Below are positions 13,738 through 24,858 of a stretch of 64,000 nt of DNA, piece after piece. How positions within the stretch are numbered: position 1 is the stretch's first letter; each line of letters opens with the position of its first letter. The stretch covers positions 64,604,001 to 64,668,000 of the forward strand of contig OX597831.1 in assembly GCA_951406725.2 (NCBI GenBank). The letters run 5' to 3'. Both the position numbers and the translations under genes were made by a program. The notes under the pieces were generated by a model. It did not search any database. It was given only the letters and a program-made list of their open reading frames with translations, and was not told the origin of the DNA. The DNA is from Octopus vulgaris. Its lineage: Eukaryota.

Positions 13738-16700
13738 AATAAAAAAAATAAGAACAAACAAAAAAAAAACGTGAGGATGTGGTACATGTCAAGTATTAGC
13801 AGACGCTCAGGGAAGTAAAGAAAGATGGTTTAACGTTTTGAGCAACGCTCTTCTTCAGAAACAGAGGAAAGTCTAATAGAAAGGAAGACGGCAGAAGAAA
13901 ATCGCCAACAATTCACATGTGGTTACATTTTGAAATGACCGGAAGGGAATGGGTGAAGAAAAAGTTCTTTCTAAGACAGGAGAGTGTAAGAGAAGAGGGT
14001 ATGTGTGTGTGTTTGTAATAGCACGTGTGTGTGTCTGGTTTTGGCTGCTTATGTGTGTATGTGTGAGTGACCTTTGTGTTTCTTAATGCAGGAAGGATTC
14101 AGCATATGGTAACAGGAGTGGTGGTCTTTTGTGTAGTTGTGTGTCTCTCCACATGTGTGTAGAGGAATGGTTAGTAGAAGGGTGTTTGACTGCCAGTTTG
14201 AAGTATGTGTATGTATGTGCATATGTGTGTGTACGTGTGTGTATATACACCCATGTATGTGTATTGTGTGTGTGATGTATGTGTGAATTCATGTGTATGT
14301 GTGCACATGTTATAGTCAGTTATAGCCTTGGTTTATATTTTCCCTTTTTATAAGTGATATACTGTCTGAATTGAAATTAGCATTTCGGACTACAGGTCAT
14401 TCAAAAACAAATTGACATAATGTTATAAATAATAAAGACAATGCTGCTTAATTTTGAGAACAATAAAATTATAAAAATGTTAAGCGTAACTCTGGCATAA
14501 CGCTTTGATATGTAAATATGACAAATTAATGTGAGAGAAATTGCTGAGAACACAAACATGTTTCAAGTTTTTGTGTAGCTGAAGAGAATCTAATTCTAAA
14601 TATACACATGTGGTGTATGTGAGAAATATATCAGGTTGAATGTGTCCTTGGTTAAACAACAATGTAACAAAAAATGAGATAATAAATCTTGATATATAAG
14701 ATAATCTAAAAACAATAAAATAGCTATACAAAAATAGCTGTATAATTATGCTAATGGATTATTAAGGCTGTGTGTATGACCAAGGACAATTGATATTCCA
14801 AACATAGAAACAAAAACTAATTATATTAATATAAAATGAAATGAAACTTGAATTCAGGTTTCTTTAATATCCCCCTTCATCCTTTATATGTTTCTTTATT
14901 AGCCACACAGGGCTGCACATAGACGGGACAGATTACAAAGTAGAGCTTTTCTTTTTTGGGGAGAGAAGAAAAAAAAAGTGGGGTAGGTTTTCGATCAAAA
15001 GGGAAAGAAAAAGAAAAAAAAAAGATCGTAAAAGGGAAAGAAGAAGAAAAAAAACAATCAATATGGATCGTGTATCACAGTGTCATGATGTAAAGGGGGA
15101 AGCAGATAAGGTTTATCTGGGGAAAGAAAAGCCTATGGAAAAGACCACGGTAACCTCGGTCAATAATGTTACATATTACCACATTTGTTTGCAAGTGGGT
15201 AACCCTCTGTTTTAAATTTTCTGGGTTCATAGGATTATGCTCAAGGTATTATATGTGTGTAAATTTACGTGTGTGCACAGATCAAGCCAGTTCTTCCTTT
15301 ACATATATGTACTTGTGTATTTATGTGTGTCCAAACTAAACCTTTAATACAGCCTTTGTGTTGTGCCTTTGAGTAAGACATAAAGTCACACACCTTAATC
15401 TGCCTTAACTGATAATTTTCACTTCCTGTTACAGTAATTAAAGATATCTAAGGCCTGCTGTAAAAATTACTGAATTTGTAAAATACCCACTTTTGTGTTG
15501 CACCAACTCTTCCATGTTGAAAATAAAATTGACTTGTATTTCTAGTTCTGATGGTGGTTTTCAATATTTTATTGATTTAAGGAGGGTGGTGAGTCTGTAG
15601 AATCGTTAGCACACAGAGCAAAATGCTTAGCAGCATTTCATCTGTTTTTACATTCTGAGTTCAAATTCTCCTGAGGTTAACTTTGCCTTTCGTCCTTTCG
15701 GGGGCAATAAAATAAGTACCAGCTGAACACTGGGGCTGATGTAATTAACTCTCCCCAACTGTGAAATTGCTGGCCTTGTGCCAAAATTTGAAGTATTTTA
15801 TTGATTTACAGTTTGCAGTCTCTATTTAGCAATTGTTTTCTGTTTTTCAGGTGAATTCCAAAAAAGGTGAAAATGAAGAATCCCCAGAGAAGGAAGAAAT
15901 TTCTACCTCGGATGTAAGTTATAAATTGAGTTACAAGAAAGAATGAATAACTAGCACTATGACCTGGCAACGCCGGGTCATTGTGGTAGTGCATGCATAT
16001 ACAGCTACGTGCGTGCACACATGCACGCGAGTACTGTCCAAATCTCTGACCAATCACATACAGCTAGTGGGCATTCAATTGGCGTATCAAGTTTCGGGCA
16101 TTTTGATTGGGGTTTTGGATAGAAAATTCACAAAGAAGTCACTTCTATTGATTTTTTTAATGGCTTTGGGAAATGTAAAGATGTGGAAAATGTAAAGATG
16201 TGCACGACCACCCTTGGACGGTTTTGAATGACCATAGAAAGTGTGAGCCCTCTAATTGAGGACTGTAGTCTGTATGGATAGAAAATACAAGCCAGCCGTA
16301 CATCGTTTACTTGAGAAAGCATTAAGCTGTAAAGTAATTATTTCCAAAAGGCATAGGTGTGGTTCTGTGGTAAGAAGCTTGGTTTTTAACCACATGGTTT
16401 GGGGTTCAGTCCCACTGCATGGCACCTTGAGCAAGTGTCTTCTACTACAGCCTCAGGCCGATCAAAGCCTTGTGTATTTGGTAAACTGAAAGAAGCCCAT
16501 CCTATATACTTATATATCTATGTGTGTCTTTGTGTCTGTTTGTCTCCCCATGACACCAACGCGGCTTGACAACCGGTGTTGGTGTATTGACGTCTTTGTA
16601 GCTTAGCAGTTCAGCAAAAAGAGACCAATAGAATAAGTACCAGGCTTCAAAAGAAAAAATAAATACGGAAGTCAATTCGTTCAACTAAAAGTTCTTCAAG

Positions 16701-19700
16701 GCAGTGCCCCAGCATGGTCACAGTCTAAAGACTGAAACAAGTGAAAGATAATGGTAAAAGTAGTAACAAAGAGACAGTGGCTAATATGAAGGTCTCTGGA
16801 GTCAATTCATGACAGATCAGCCTTTTAGCACTTTGACAGAGCTATATGTCAGTGTAGTCTGAACCTGGTATGCTGAGCTTGTAGACTTGTCTCACCCTAT
16901 ACTTGATCAAAATTGATTGAAGCTAGTCAACTAAAATAGATTAATTTGGAGATCTCTCCTACTTCAAGACTACTCATCATCATCATCATCAGTTAACGTC
17001 CGCTTTCCATGCTAGCATGGGTTGGACGATTTGACTGAGGCCTGGTGAACCAGACTCCAATCTGATCTGGCAGAGTTTCTACAGTTGGATGCCCTTCCTA
17101 ATGCCAACCACTCCAAGAGTGTAGTGGGTGCTTTTACGTGCCACCGGCACGAGGGCCAGTTTGGTGGTACTGGCAACAGCCACGTCCAAATGGTGCTTTT
17201 TACGTGCCACCTGCACAGGAGCCAGTCCAGCAGCACTGGCGACGTCCTCGCTCAAATGTTTCACGTGCCACCAACACAAGTGCTGGTAAGGCGATGCGGT
17301 AACGATCACACTCGAATGGTGTGCTATTGCTCTGTAACTATAAAATGGAGTGGAAAATTCTTTATGATCTTCTACTTTCATGTTAACATTGATATTAACT
17401 GTTATTATGATGCAATTATGAAATTTGAAAGCAAATTTACTCTAATGCTACCCATTTTCTCCATAACAGGTTGTTATATTTAAAGTAGATTTCGAGCTGG
17501 GCGAAATGCTTAGTGGTATTTCGTCTGTTGTTATGTTCTGAGTTCAAATTCCTCCATGGTCGACTTTGCCTTTCATCCTTTCGGGGTCGATAAATTAAGT
17601 ACCAGTTTCGTACTGGGGTCGATGTAATCAACTTAATCCCTTTGTCTGTCCTTGTTTGTCCCTCCTATGTTTAACCCCTTGTGGGCAATAAAGAAATATA
17701 TATTTAAAGTAGATTTCAATTTGCTAACCTCATTTTTCTTCTAGCTAAGATTATATTGTCTAAGAAAATATTGGAATGAATTAAATGTAAGTTATGAAAG
17801 CGTTAAGTGTATGTATGCACCTACCTGCCTGCCCACACATAGGTATTTGTCCAACCTATTGCAGCAATGAGAAAACAGAACAGCTGTTGATAGATTATAT
17901 TTTAACAGCAATCATTTTAAATAATAATAATAATAATGAAATTATTGTATACAGTGCTCAGGTGCACCACAACTTGTCAAAAGTGCATATAAAGCATATA
18001 CAGTAGTGTACAAATGTCTGAAAAGTGAACAGTGTATGAGTCAGTGTGTATGGAGGGGAGAAAATCAGGTGTAGTGTTGGTGAATCTCAGAAAGCATGGA
18101 AGTTCTGAAGGATGCAGTGCTCCGACAACTAACAACTGATGCTGGCAGTCTGTTCCATGCTTCAGCAACTCTTAGCATGAAAAAATGTTTCCTAAAGTCA
18201 TGGGAGCTGTGCTGTTTTCTGACTTTTTAAACATGTCCACGGGTGTTAGACAGGTGGAGTTTGAAAAGGTGCTCTGAGTTATTCATCTTGTAACCAAGAT
18301 ATTCATCTTGGTTATGTTGCAATATGCATGTTTTAGTGCAGAATTTATACTGAGGTATTTTGTCTATGCTTGATTACTATTTGTAAGATATTAAGCTGTC
18401 AGCCCTTTAACAGTATGGCAAACCATTTTGTAGAAACTAATTATATTTAAAGATTAATTAAAGAATTGTTGAAGCCTTAAACAAAATTCCTGTGGTATTT
18501 GGTTACGGCCCTTTACATTCAGGATTCAAATACTGACTATGTCAACTTTGCCTCTGCTCTTTCCAGGCTCAAGAAAATACAGAACCAGTCATGTTTTAGG
18601 GTTGGTTTAATATACCTATAAAACATTCTAGATGTGAATGGAATCATATTGTGTACATAGCTTCTCTACAGACTTCTTTAGAATCATTCTTTCTTTTATT
18701 CTTTTACTCGTTTCAGTCATTTGACTGCGGCCATACTGGAGCACCACCCTTAGTCAAACAATTCAACCCTTGGACTTATTCTTTGTAAGCCTAGTACTTA
18801 TTCTGTCGGTCTCTTTTGGTGAACAGCTAAGTTACAGGGATGTAAACACACCAACATCAGTTGTCAAGCAATGGAGAGAGGACAAACACAGACATATGCA
18901 CACACACACACACACACACACATATACAACAGGCTTCTTTCAGTTTCTGTCTACCAAATCCTCTCACAAGGTCTTGGTTAGCCTAAGGCTATAGTAGAAG
19001 GTACTTGCTCAAGGTGCCCTGCAGTGGGACTGAACCTGGAACCATGTGGTTGGGAAGCAAGCTTCTTACCACACAGCCACTCCTTTGCCAATCAGTTGAC
19101 GTTTTTTTTTCTTTTTCGTATCTTTAATCTCTCAATATTTTTCATTCTAGGGAGAGTTTGACTTTGTGAATTGTGATTCAGTCGGTTATGCAGAAAATCG
19201 CCATGAGCCTTTGCCTACCAAACCTGGAATGGTGGCACGTTTGATGGAGCTGAAGAAACGCCGACAATATATTGCAAGTGGTAAGATATATTTTATGTGT
19301 CGTTTGTCATTCAATGTAAATAGTGAGATATTTTGGTCTGCAACCCTTACATATAATCTCCATCATAATCAGTATACTTACTAATGCTTACCATAGCATG
19401 GGCTGGACAGTTTGACAGGATGCAAAGAGCTGGAGGACCATGTCTTGTTGAAACATCTGAATTTGGTAGAGATTGTTTTTCTGGGTACATTATTACATGA
19501 TACAACTACTAAAGAGATTGTCTCTGCTCAATTCACTGACCAGTTTACAGAATGTAATGGGTCCTTTTTCTGTGACAACGGTACAACTAACATCACCTTG
19601 TAACTTTGTAAGACTAACCCTTTAACATTTAAACCGGCCACATCCAGCTTAAATATTTTGTCTATTTTATGTTTGAACCAGCCAGATCTGATCTCTCACA

Positions 19701-22700
19701 CCTACCCTACAATGTCATTCTGAAAATGCAACAATCACATTAATGAACTCTCAAAACTATGAGGTGATGCCTAATTAATTTAAGACAATGTGAATAAATA
19801 AGCTTTACGTTTGACAGAAAATCTGAATACTAAAGGGTTAAAGAATTGTCTCATTCCTGACAAAGAGGAAGAATAAGGAAGAGAGAGAGAGAAAGAAAGA
19901 GAGTGTGTGTGTGGTGTCTTTAGATGCAGTGTTGTGGGAAATTAAAGTATGACAAGAGGAACAGATTTGTTGTTGCGAGAGAGGGTAGTAGTGAAAAGAG
20001 TAAAGTTTTCCCAGACATCCCTATCATCTCACACTTTGTTTATTACAGGTGCCTGTAATGCTTGTAATGTTTCATTTTCTTCCATTCTGAAAAGAAGAGT
20101 AAGTATTATGTTTCTCAAAAATCTAATTCATCATCATCATCGTTTAAAGTCCGTTTTCCGTGCTAGCTCCAGTCTGATCTGGCAGTGTTTGTACAGCTAG
20201 ATGCCCTTCCTAATGCCAACCACTCCATGAGTGTAGTGGGTGCTTTTTACGTGGGAGGCTGGCAGCGACCACAATTGGTTGGTGCTTTTTATGTCCCACT
20301 GGCACAGAAGCCAGTCAAGGCAGCGCTGGCATCGGCCACGTTTGGATGGTGCTTTTTACGTGCCACTGGCACAGAAACCAGTCAAGGCAGTGCTGGTATC
20401 GGCCACGTTTGGATGGTGCTTTTTATGTGCCACCGGCACAGAAGTCAGTCAAGGCAGCGCTGGCATCGGCCACGTTTGGATGGTGCTTTTTACCTGCCAC
20501 CGGCACAGAAGTCAGTCAAGGCAGCGCTGGCATCGGCCACGTTTGGATGGTGCTTTTTATGTGCCACTGGCACAGGAGCCGGTCAAGGTAGCGCTGACAT
20601 CGGCCACGTTTGGATGGTGCTTTTTACGTGCCACTGGCACAGAAGCCAGTCAAGGCAGCGCTGGCATCGGCCATGTTTGGATGGTACTTTTTACGTGCCA
20701 CCGGCACAGAAGTCAGTCAAGGTAGCGCTGACATCGGCCACGTTTGGATGGTGCTTTTTACGTGCCACTGGCACAGGTATCACAACTACTATTTCCATTT
20801 GATATTTATTTCGATGTTGATGTACTTGATTCAATAGGTCTCCTCAAGCAATTAAATTTCAAAATAAATTTAGATATATCAGTTGCCATGCATTCAGTGA
20901 GACTTACTCAGGCAGTAGTGTATGACTGGATACTCTTCATGCGGACAACTTAATTGTTTTTCTTGCAAGTTATCTTTATACCACAGCTCTTCTTAACACA
21001 GTGTCATTGTTGAGCTATGGGATCTGTTGTTTAGAAGACATGTAAACAAGCATAACAACTTTTTCTTAATATATGTCAACATGAAGACATGTTGAAACAT
21101 CACAAGCAAATACACATACACGCATTTATATGGTATCTTCATTTAGATTATCATGTTGCATCTACTTTCTATGCTCTTATGGGTTGGCTGATTTGATAGG
21201 TTCCAACAGCTTGGAGGGCCATGTCTTGTGAAATGTCTGTTTTTTGGGCTGGATTTTCTTCCTAACATCAACCAATGCATCCAGTGTGTGGGTTGGATGC
21301 ATTTTCTCAGGGCACCAACCTTGTATGTTTATCTTTGACTGTGTATTTGCAAAGAATATAAATGTGAGAAACTTGTTCTCTTTGAACAAATTTGAGCAAG
21401 TCCCAGATATATTCTCTCATCATCATCATCATCATCGTTTAACGTCCGCTTTCCATGCTAGCATGGGTTGGACATAGTTCTGGGAAGCCAGAAGGCTGCA
21501 CCAGGCCCATTCTGATCTGGCAATGTTTCTACAGCTGGATGCCCTTCCTAACACCAACCACTCCGTGAGTGTAGTGGGTGCTTCTTACGTACCACCGGCA
21601 CAGGTGCCAGACGAGGCTGGCAAACGGCCACGATTAGATGGTGCTTTTCGCGTGCCACCAGCACGGAGGCCAATCGGGGCGGCGCTGGCAACGGCCACGT
21701 TCGGATGGTTCTCTTACATGCCACCGGCACTGGTATCACAACTACAATTTCCATTGATGTGGATCGATTAGAAATGCAGTGAACATTAATTGTCCCATTG
21801 GAAATGTATGACTCTTGCAATATAAATTAAAATCTCACACCTCGACTGACACTCCATCGGTTACAATGACAAAGGTTTCTGTTAATCTGATCAACAGAAC
21901 AGCCTGCTCAAGAAATTAATGTGCAAGTGGCTGACACGTGTACCCTTAACGTAGTTCTCAGGGAGATTCAGCATGGCACAGAATGTGACAAGGCTGGCCC
22001 TTTGAAATACAGGTACAATTCATTTTTGCCGACTGAGTAGACTGAAGCAACATAAAATAAAGTATCTTGCCCAAGGACACAATGTGCTGCCAGTATTTGA
22101 ACTCACAACCTTACGATCATCAGCCGAATGCCCTAACCACTACGCCACATGCCTGCCTGCTTCAATACATGCAATTATCCAAACACACAGTATTCACTGA
22201 AACATTGGCTCCTAATTTTCAACAGTCTACTGTTACTTGTATGTACTCTTATCCTGTTTATAATTCAGTGAAATGAATGTTTACACTTAATCACACACTC
22301 AATATTTACTCTGTCTTGTCTGTTTCAAACTAATAGATTTCTACTTTCGTTCATTTCCAGTACTACTGTCGTCACTGTGGTAACCACTTCTGCGCTAAAT
22401 GTTGTGCTCAAAAAGTACCCAAGTCCTTATTTGGAGCCACAGGTTGGTGAATTTTTTTCCAGTTACCTCCTTAGTTATATGACATACTGAAAAGCGGCGA
22501 GCTGGCAGAATCGTTAGCATGCTGGGCGAAATGCGTAGCCGTATTTCGTTTGCCGTTACATTCTGGGTTCAAATTCCGCCGAGATCGACTTTGCTTTCAT
22601 CCTTTTGGGGTCGATAAATTAAGTACCAGTTACGCACTGGGGTCGATGTAATCGACTTAATCCGTTTGTCTGTCCTTGTTTGTCCCCTCTATGTTTAGCC

Positions 22701-24858
22701 CCTTGTGAGTAGTAAAGAAATAAGTATTTCATCTGCCTTTACGTTGTGAGTTCAAATTCCGCCGAGGTCGACTTTGCCTTTCATCCTGTCGGGGTCGATA
22801 AATTAAGTACCAGTTACGCACTGGGGTCGATGTAATCGACTTAATCCATTTGCCTGTCCTTGTTTGTCCCCTCTGTGTTTAGCCCCTTGTGGGCAGCAAA
22901 GAAATATATATGACATACTGATATTTCAGCATCCTTTAATATCCTGGTAAACTGACTGATCTATTGATTGAGGAATCAAATAATTATTTTATACATAATT
23001 TAGTTCACTTTCCCACTCACTTTATCAACATAACACTTCTCAAAAAAAACAAAAAAAAAAAAACTGTCTTTCTCACTTCAATCTTCTGTTCAGAAGGCAA
23101 TTAATTGTCTCATCGCTGTGCATCTTCCTGGCAAGCTCCACCTGTCTAACACCCGTGGACATGTTTACAAAGTCAGAAAACAGCACAGCTCCCATGACTT
23201 TCGGAAACATTTTTTCACACTAAGAGTTGCTGAAGCATGGAACAGACTGCCAGCATCAGTTGTTAGTTGTTGGAGCACTGCATCCTTCAGAACTTCCATG
23301 CTTCCTGAGATTCGCCAACACTACACCTGATTTTCTCCCCTCCATACACACACAAGCATGTATCTGACTCATACACTGTTCACTTTCCAGACATTTGTAC
23401 ATTACTGCATATACTTTATACGCACTTTTGACAAGTTGTGGTGCACCTGAGCACTGGATACAATAATTTCATTATTATTATAAATCTTACATAAAGGCAT
23501 TCAGTCAATGCACATTTCAGTGTAGCAAGTTACTTAATCCATTAATGACAGCATATTTTTCTAGATAGGATTTTCTACGTACATCACTCCAGGACAGCCT
23601 TTATATTCTAGCCCAACTGTCTCTTCTGGCTTTTTGCTACTTTAAGGAAGCGGAGCAGCATTCATAACCTTTGTGTGGAGGCACATGGCCTAGTGGTTAG
23701 AGTAGCGCACTCGCAGTCGAGGGATCGCGGGTTCGAATCTCAGACCGGGCATTGTTTTTTTTTATATTTATGAGCGAAACACCTAAGCTCCATGCAGCTT
23801 CAGCTGAAGGTAATGGCAAACTCCTGCTGACTCTTTCGCCACAACTTCCTCTCACTCTTTCCTCCTGCATCTTGCAGCTCATCTGCGACGGACCGGCGTC
23901 CCGTCCAGGTGGGGAACCTATTATGCCAAGAAACCGGGAAACCGGCCCTTATGAGCCAGGCATGGCTTGAGAAGGAACAACCATTCATAACCTTTGTAGG
24001 TACTCACAGACTGGTGAGGTTTGAGGCAGCTGATACTCAGTTTGAATTATTTTCAAAGGGGACAAGAGAAGGAAAGCAGGCACGTAAGGTGAGTCTGCAT
24101 AGAAGTATCCAGCTTGCTAGTTCAGCGCAGCAGGGTCCATTATAGTCAGAGTAGAAGGGATGTGTTAACGAAACAATACATCTTTGAACTGCTTCTAACA
24201 GATGATGAGCTTCAAAAAACAGAAAAGAAATACTTTGAGCCAGAATAACTAGTAGTCACGGATGAGGGCAGCTTCTATAGGCAGCACCTTTTAGTAAAAT
24301 CATTTGATATATATAATGTTGCCTGGACAGTAGGGATGTGTAATTTCAGATGTAGCTTCTGGTGGTGACGGGTAGGGGTAAGATCAGACCAGATTCTGTG
24401 GATGTTGGTATAAATGTGAAAAAATTGTACAGCAACAAATGATGTCATTAAAAATATAAATTAAATCCTATAACAACTACAGCTGTGTGTGTGTGTGTAC
24501 ATACACACACACGTTTTATTATATTTGAGGATTGCTTATTAGACAAAGCTTCACTTAGCAATTTATTGATTTTAAAACTATATCTCCCCTACTTCCTCCG
24601 TCAGCCCTAACATTCAGAGATGTTCAAAGCATCTAGATTAAATAACAAAATGTTAATTCTCCCATTGCATGACTTCTTAGAACCATAAAAGTTCAGTAAT
24701 TAATCAATCAATTGAACAGTTAATGTAGGATAATTATATATAAAATGATTTCTCTGTTTTTAATTTTAGCTCCTTCAGCTCAAACCGAGACTGTTCTGGT
24801 GTGTAATACTTGCTACAATATGCTCATGAAGAAAGAAGATAAAGAGAAACCAAGCTGA
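989..24858 (+). CDS. ZFYVE27: Protrudin (FYVE-domain ER membrane protein), 5'-partial, 9 exons: 989-1169, 5171-5266, 9177-9289, 9939-10060, 15851-15913, 19151-19280, 20049-20098, 22361-22442, 24770-24858
   Basis: All introns are GT-AG with matching phases. The spliced protein includes VREFQYSLIQVNDFLIRCNEYLDSFYTILKWEE..LTMFPARWNFILFFNWFFLG..VARLMELKKRR..GACNACNVSFSSILKRRYYCRHCGNHFCAKCCAQKVPKSLFGATAPSAQTETVLVCNTCYNML. This follows vertebrate protrudin as I recall it (KVPKSSMGATAPEAQRETVFVCASC). Confidence 0.93.
1304..1717 (+). mobile_element. MITE (non-autonomous DNA transposon, GG termini, 8-bp TSD; Merlin-like by inference)
   Basis: TIRs GGATCTTTTCGGTTTGAACGGCAGTTTT / AAAACTGCCATTCAAACCGAAAAGATCC; TSD GCATCATG/ACATCATG; internal ttagggttagg motif. 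Confidence 0.85.
2068..3900 (-). mobile_element. 5'-truncated, decayed RTE-clade LINE (RT fragments, 3' UTR, (GAT)n tail)
   Basis: Broken RT motifs QFGFVPG..FLVRQLQEK..AFGDMEKAFDRVP, LYADD and RRLRWYGHV. The 3' end matches the abundant repeats ending gttaaatgatgatg. Confidence 0.85.
4641..4982 (-). mobile_element. Same MITE family, internally deleted, inserted in an RTE-tail repeat
   Basis: GGATCTTTTCGGTTTGAACGGCAG terminus; TSD CCCATGCC/CCTATGCC. Confidence 0.8.
5171..5266 (+). CDS. ZFYVE27: Protrudin exon (LIQVNDFLIRCNEYLDSFYTILKWEEIGPSL)
   Basis: ttttag| and |gtaagt, phase 2->2, LxWE motif of protrudin. Confidence 0.9.
5497..5830. repeat. Pure pyrimidine (CTT/CCT)n microsatellite
   Basis: CCTCTTCTTCTT-type units; source of the poly-S, poly-L and poly-E ORFs. 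Confidence 0.95.
6120..6440. promoter_or_regulatory. CpG-rich, promoter-like island inside a protrudin intron
   Basis: Locally high CpG. Inverted ETS-type sites ACTTCCGG (6352) and ACCGGAAG (6366), NRF1-like TGCGCATACGC (6385), CRE-like TTGCGTCA (6412). Confidence 0.4.
6830..8130. repeat. 24-bp minisatellite (ACATTATACACTCTGTTCTATATA), about 50 copies
   Basis: Highly homogeneous tandem array; source of the MLYRTECI-repeat ORFs. Confidence 0.95.
8130..8355 (+). mobile_element. Right half of the same MITE family, abutting the minisatellite
   Basis: Near identity to 1487-1717, ending AAACCGAAAAGATCC. Confidence 0.8.
9177..9289 (+). CDS. ZFYVE27: Protrudin exon (hydrophobic region FHIEICSFLIFLTMFPARWNFILFFNWFFLGHEEMLK)
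   Basis: ttacag| and |gtaagt, phase 2->1. Confidence 0.9.
9939..10060 (+). CDS. ZFYVE27: Protrudin exon (ISKKSQFFMAKWKDENE...GQTEQ)
   Basis: tttcag| and |gtgaga, phase 1->0. Confidence 0.85.
11942..13067 (-). mobile_element. Decayed, internally deleted mariner transposon with a nested CR1 fragment
   Basis: TA-flanked TIRs CAAGGGGG(G)TACCC; transposase remnants MSKTQVYEWFSHFRNG..LEDQPHSG and VITSDESYCYG. Confidence 0.85.
12420..12672 (+). mobile_element. CR1-type LINE 3' end inserted in the mariner
   Basis: GHSEKL..FSVWVADPWSKLP..FKVSLD, then AATAAA and an (ATTGA)n tail. Confidence 0.7.
15851..15913 (+). CDS. ZFYVE27: Protrudin exon (acidic VNSKKGENEESPEKEEISTSD)
   Basis: tttttcag| and |gtaagt, 63 nt, phase 0->0. 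Confidence 0.8.
19151..19280 (+). CDS. ZFYVE27: Protrudin exon (GEFDFVNCDS...PGMVARLMELKKRRQYIAS)
   Basis: ttctag| and |gtaaga, phase 0->1; helical segment preceding the FYVE domain. Confidence 0.88.
20049..20098 (+). CDS. ZFYVE27: Protrudin FYVE exon 1 (ACNACNVSFSSILKRR)
   Basis: ttacag| and |gtaagt, first CxxC pair. Confidence 0.9.
20128..20850 (-). mobile_element. RTE-tail-type repeat with an internal 67-bp tandem array (about 7 units)
   Basis: Unit tggatggtgctttttacgtgccactggcacagaagccagtcaaggcagcgctggcatcggccacgtt. Related copies at ~10080-10537, 16975-17325, 21418-21770, 39300-39560, 44000-44510, 57290-57729, 58630-58931. Confidence 0.8.
21850..22155 (-). mobile_element. SINE-like interspersed repeat (tRNA head, CCTTGGGCAAG motif)
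   Basis: On -: gcatgtggcgtagtggttaggg..gagttcaaatac, then gtccttgggcaag. Confidence 0.6.
22361..22442 (+). CDS. ZFYVE27: Protrudin FYVE exon 2 (YYCRHCGNHFCAKCCAQKVPKSLFGAT)
   Basis: ttccag| and |gttggt, CRxCG..FCxxC zinc ligands. Confidence 0.93.
22491..22905 (+). mobile_element. tRNA-derived SINE with the GCCTTTCATCCTTTCGGGGTCGATAAA central motif (Meta/MESC-like by inference), 3' part duplicated
   Basis: Head ggcggcgagctggcagaatcgttagc..gttcaaattcc. Other copies at ~385-757, 10925-11130, 11580-11790, 15580-15792, 17495-17697, 26535-26690, 30378-30602, 36905-37142, 45448-45680, 53130-53340, 61105-61330. Confidence 0.8.
23136..23480 (+). mobile_element. CR1-type LINE 3' end (second copy at ~17920-18280, - strand)
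   Basis: NTRGHVYKV..RKHFFTLRVAEAWNRLP motif, (TTA)n tail. Confidence 0.8.
23675..23981 (+). mobile_element. Full-length tRNA-derived SINE
   Basis: A box TGGCCTAGTGG, B box GGTTCGAATC, (AAC)n tail, 16-bp TSD CATTCATAACCTTTGT. Confidence 0.9.
24770..24858 (+). CDS. ZFYVE27: Protrudin last coding exon (PSAQTETVLVCNTCYNMLMKKEDKEKPS*)
   Basis: ttttag| acceptor, final CxxC, TGA at 24856-24858. Confidence 0.92.

Noticed and set aside
20185-20837. CRISPR-like or coding reading of the 67-bp arrays (also 55351-55928)
   Set aside because: Units are near-identical along their whole length with no unique spacers, there are no cas genes, and the context is a eukaryotic retroposon.
23675-23750. tRNA gene (also at 28384)
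   Set aside because: The A/B boxes continue into a SINE body with tail and TSD; no proper acceptor stem or T-run terminator.
24779-24858. Alternative in-frame acceptor 9 nt into the last protrudin exon
   Set aside because: Possible, but homology (ATAPxAQxETV) supports the upstream AG and nothing here shows the downstream one is used.
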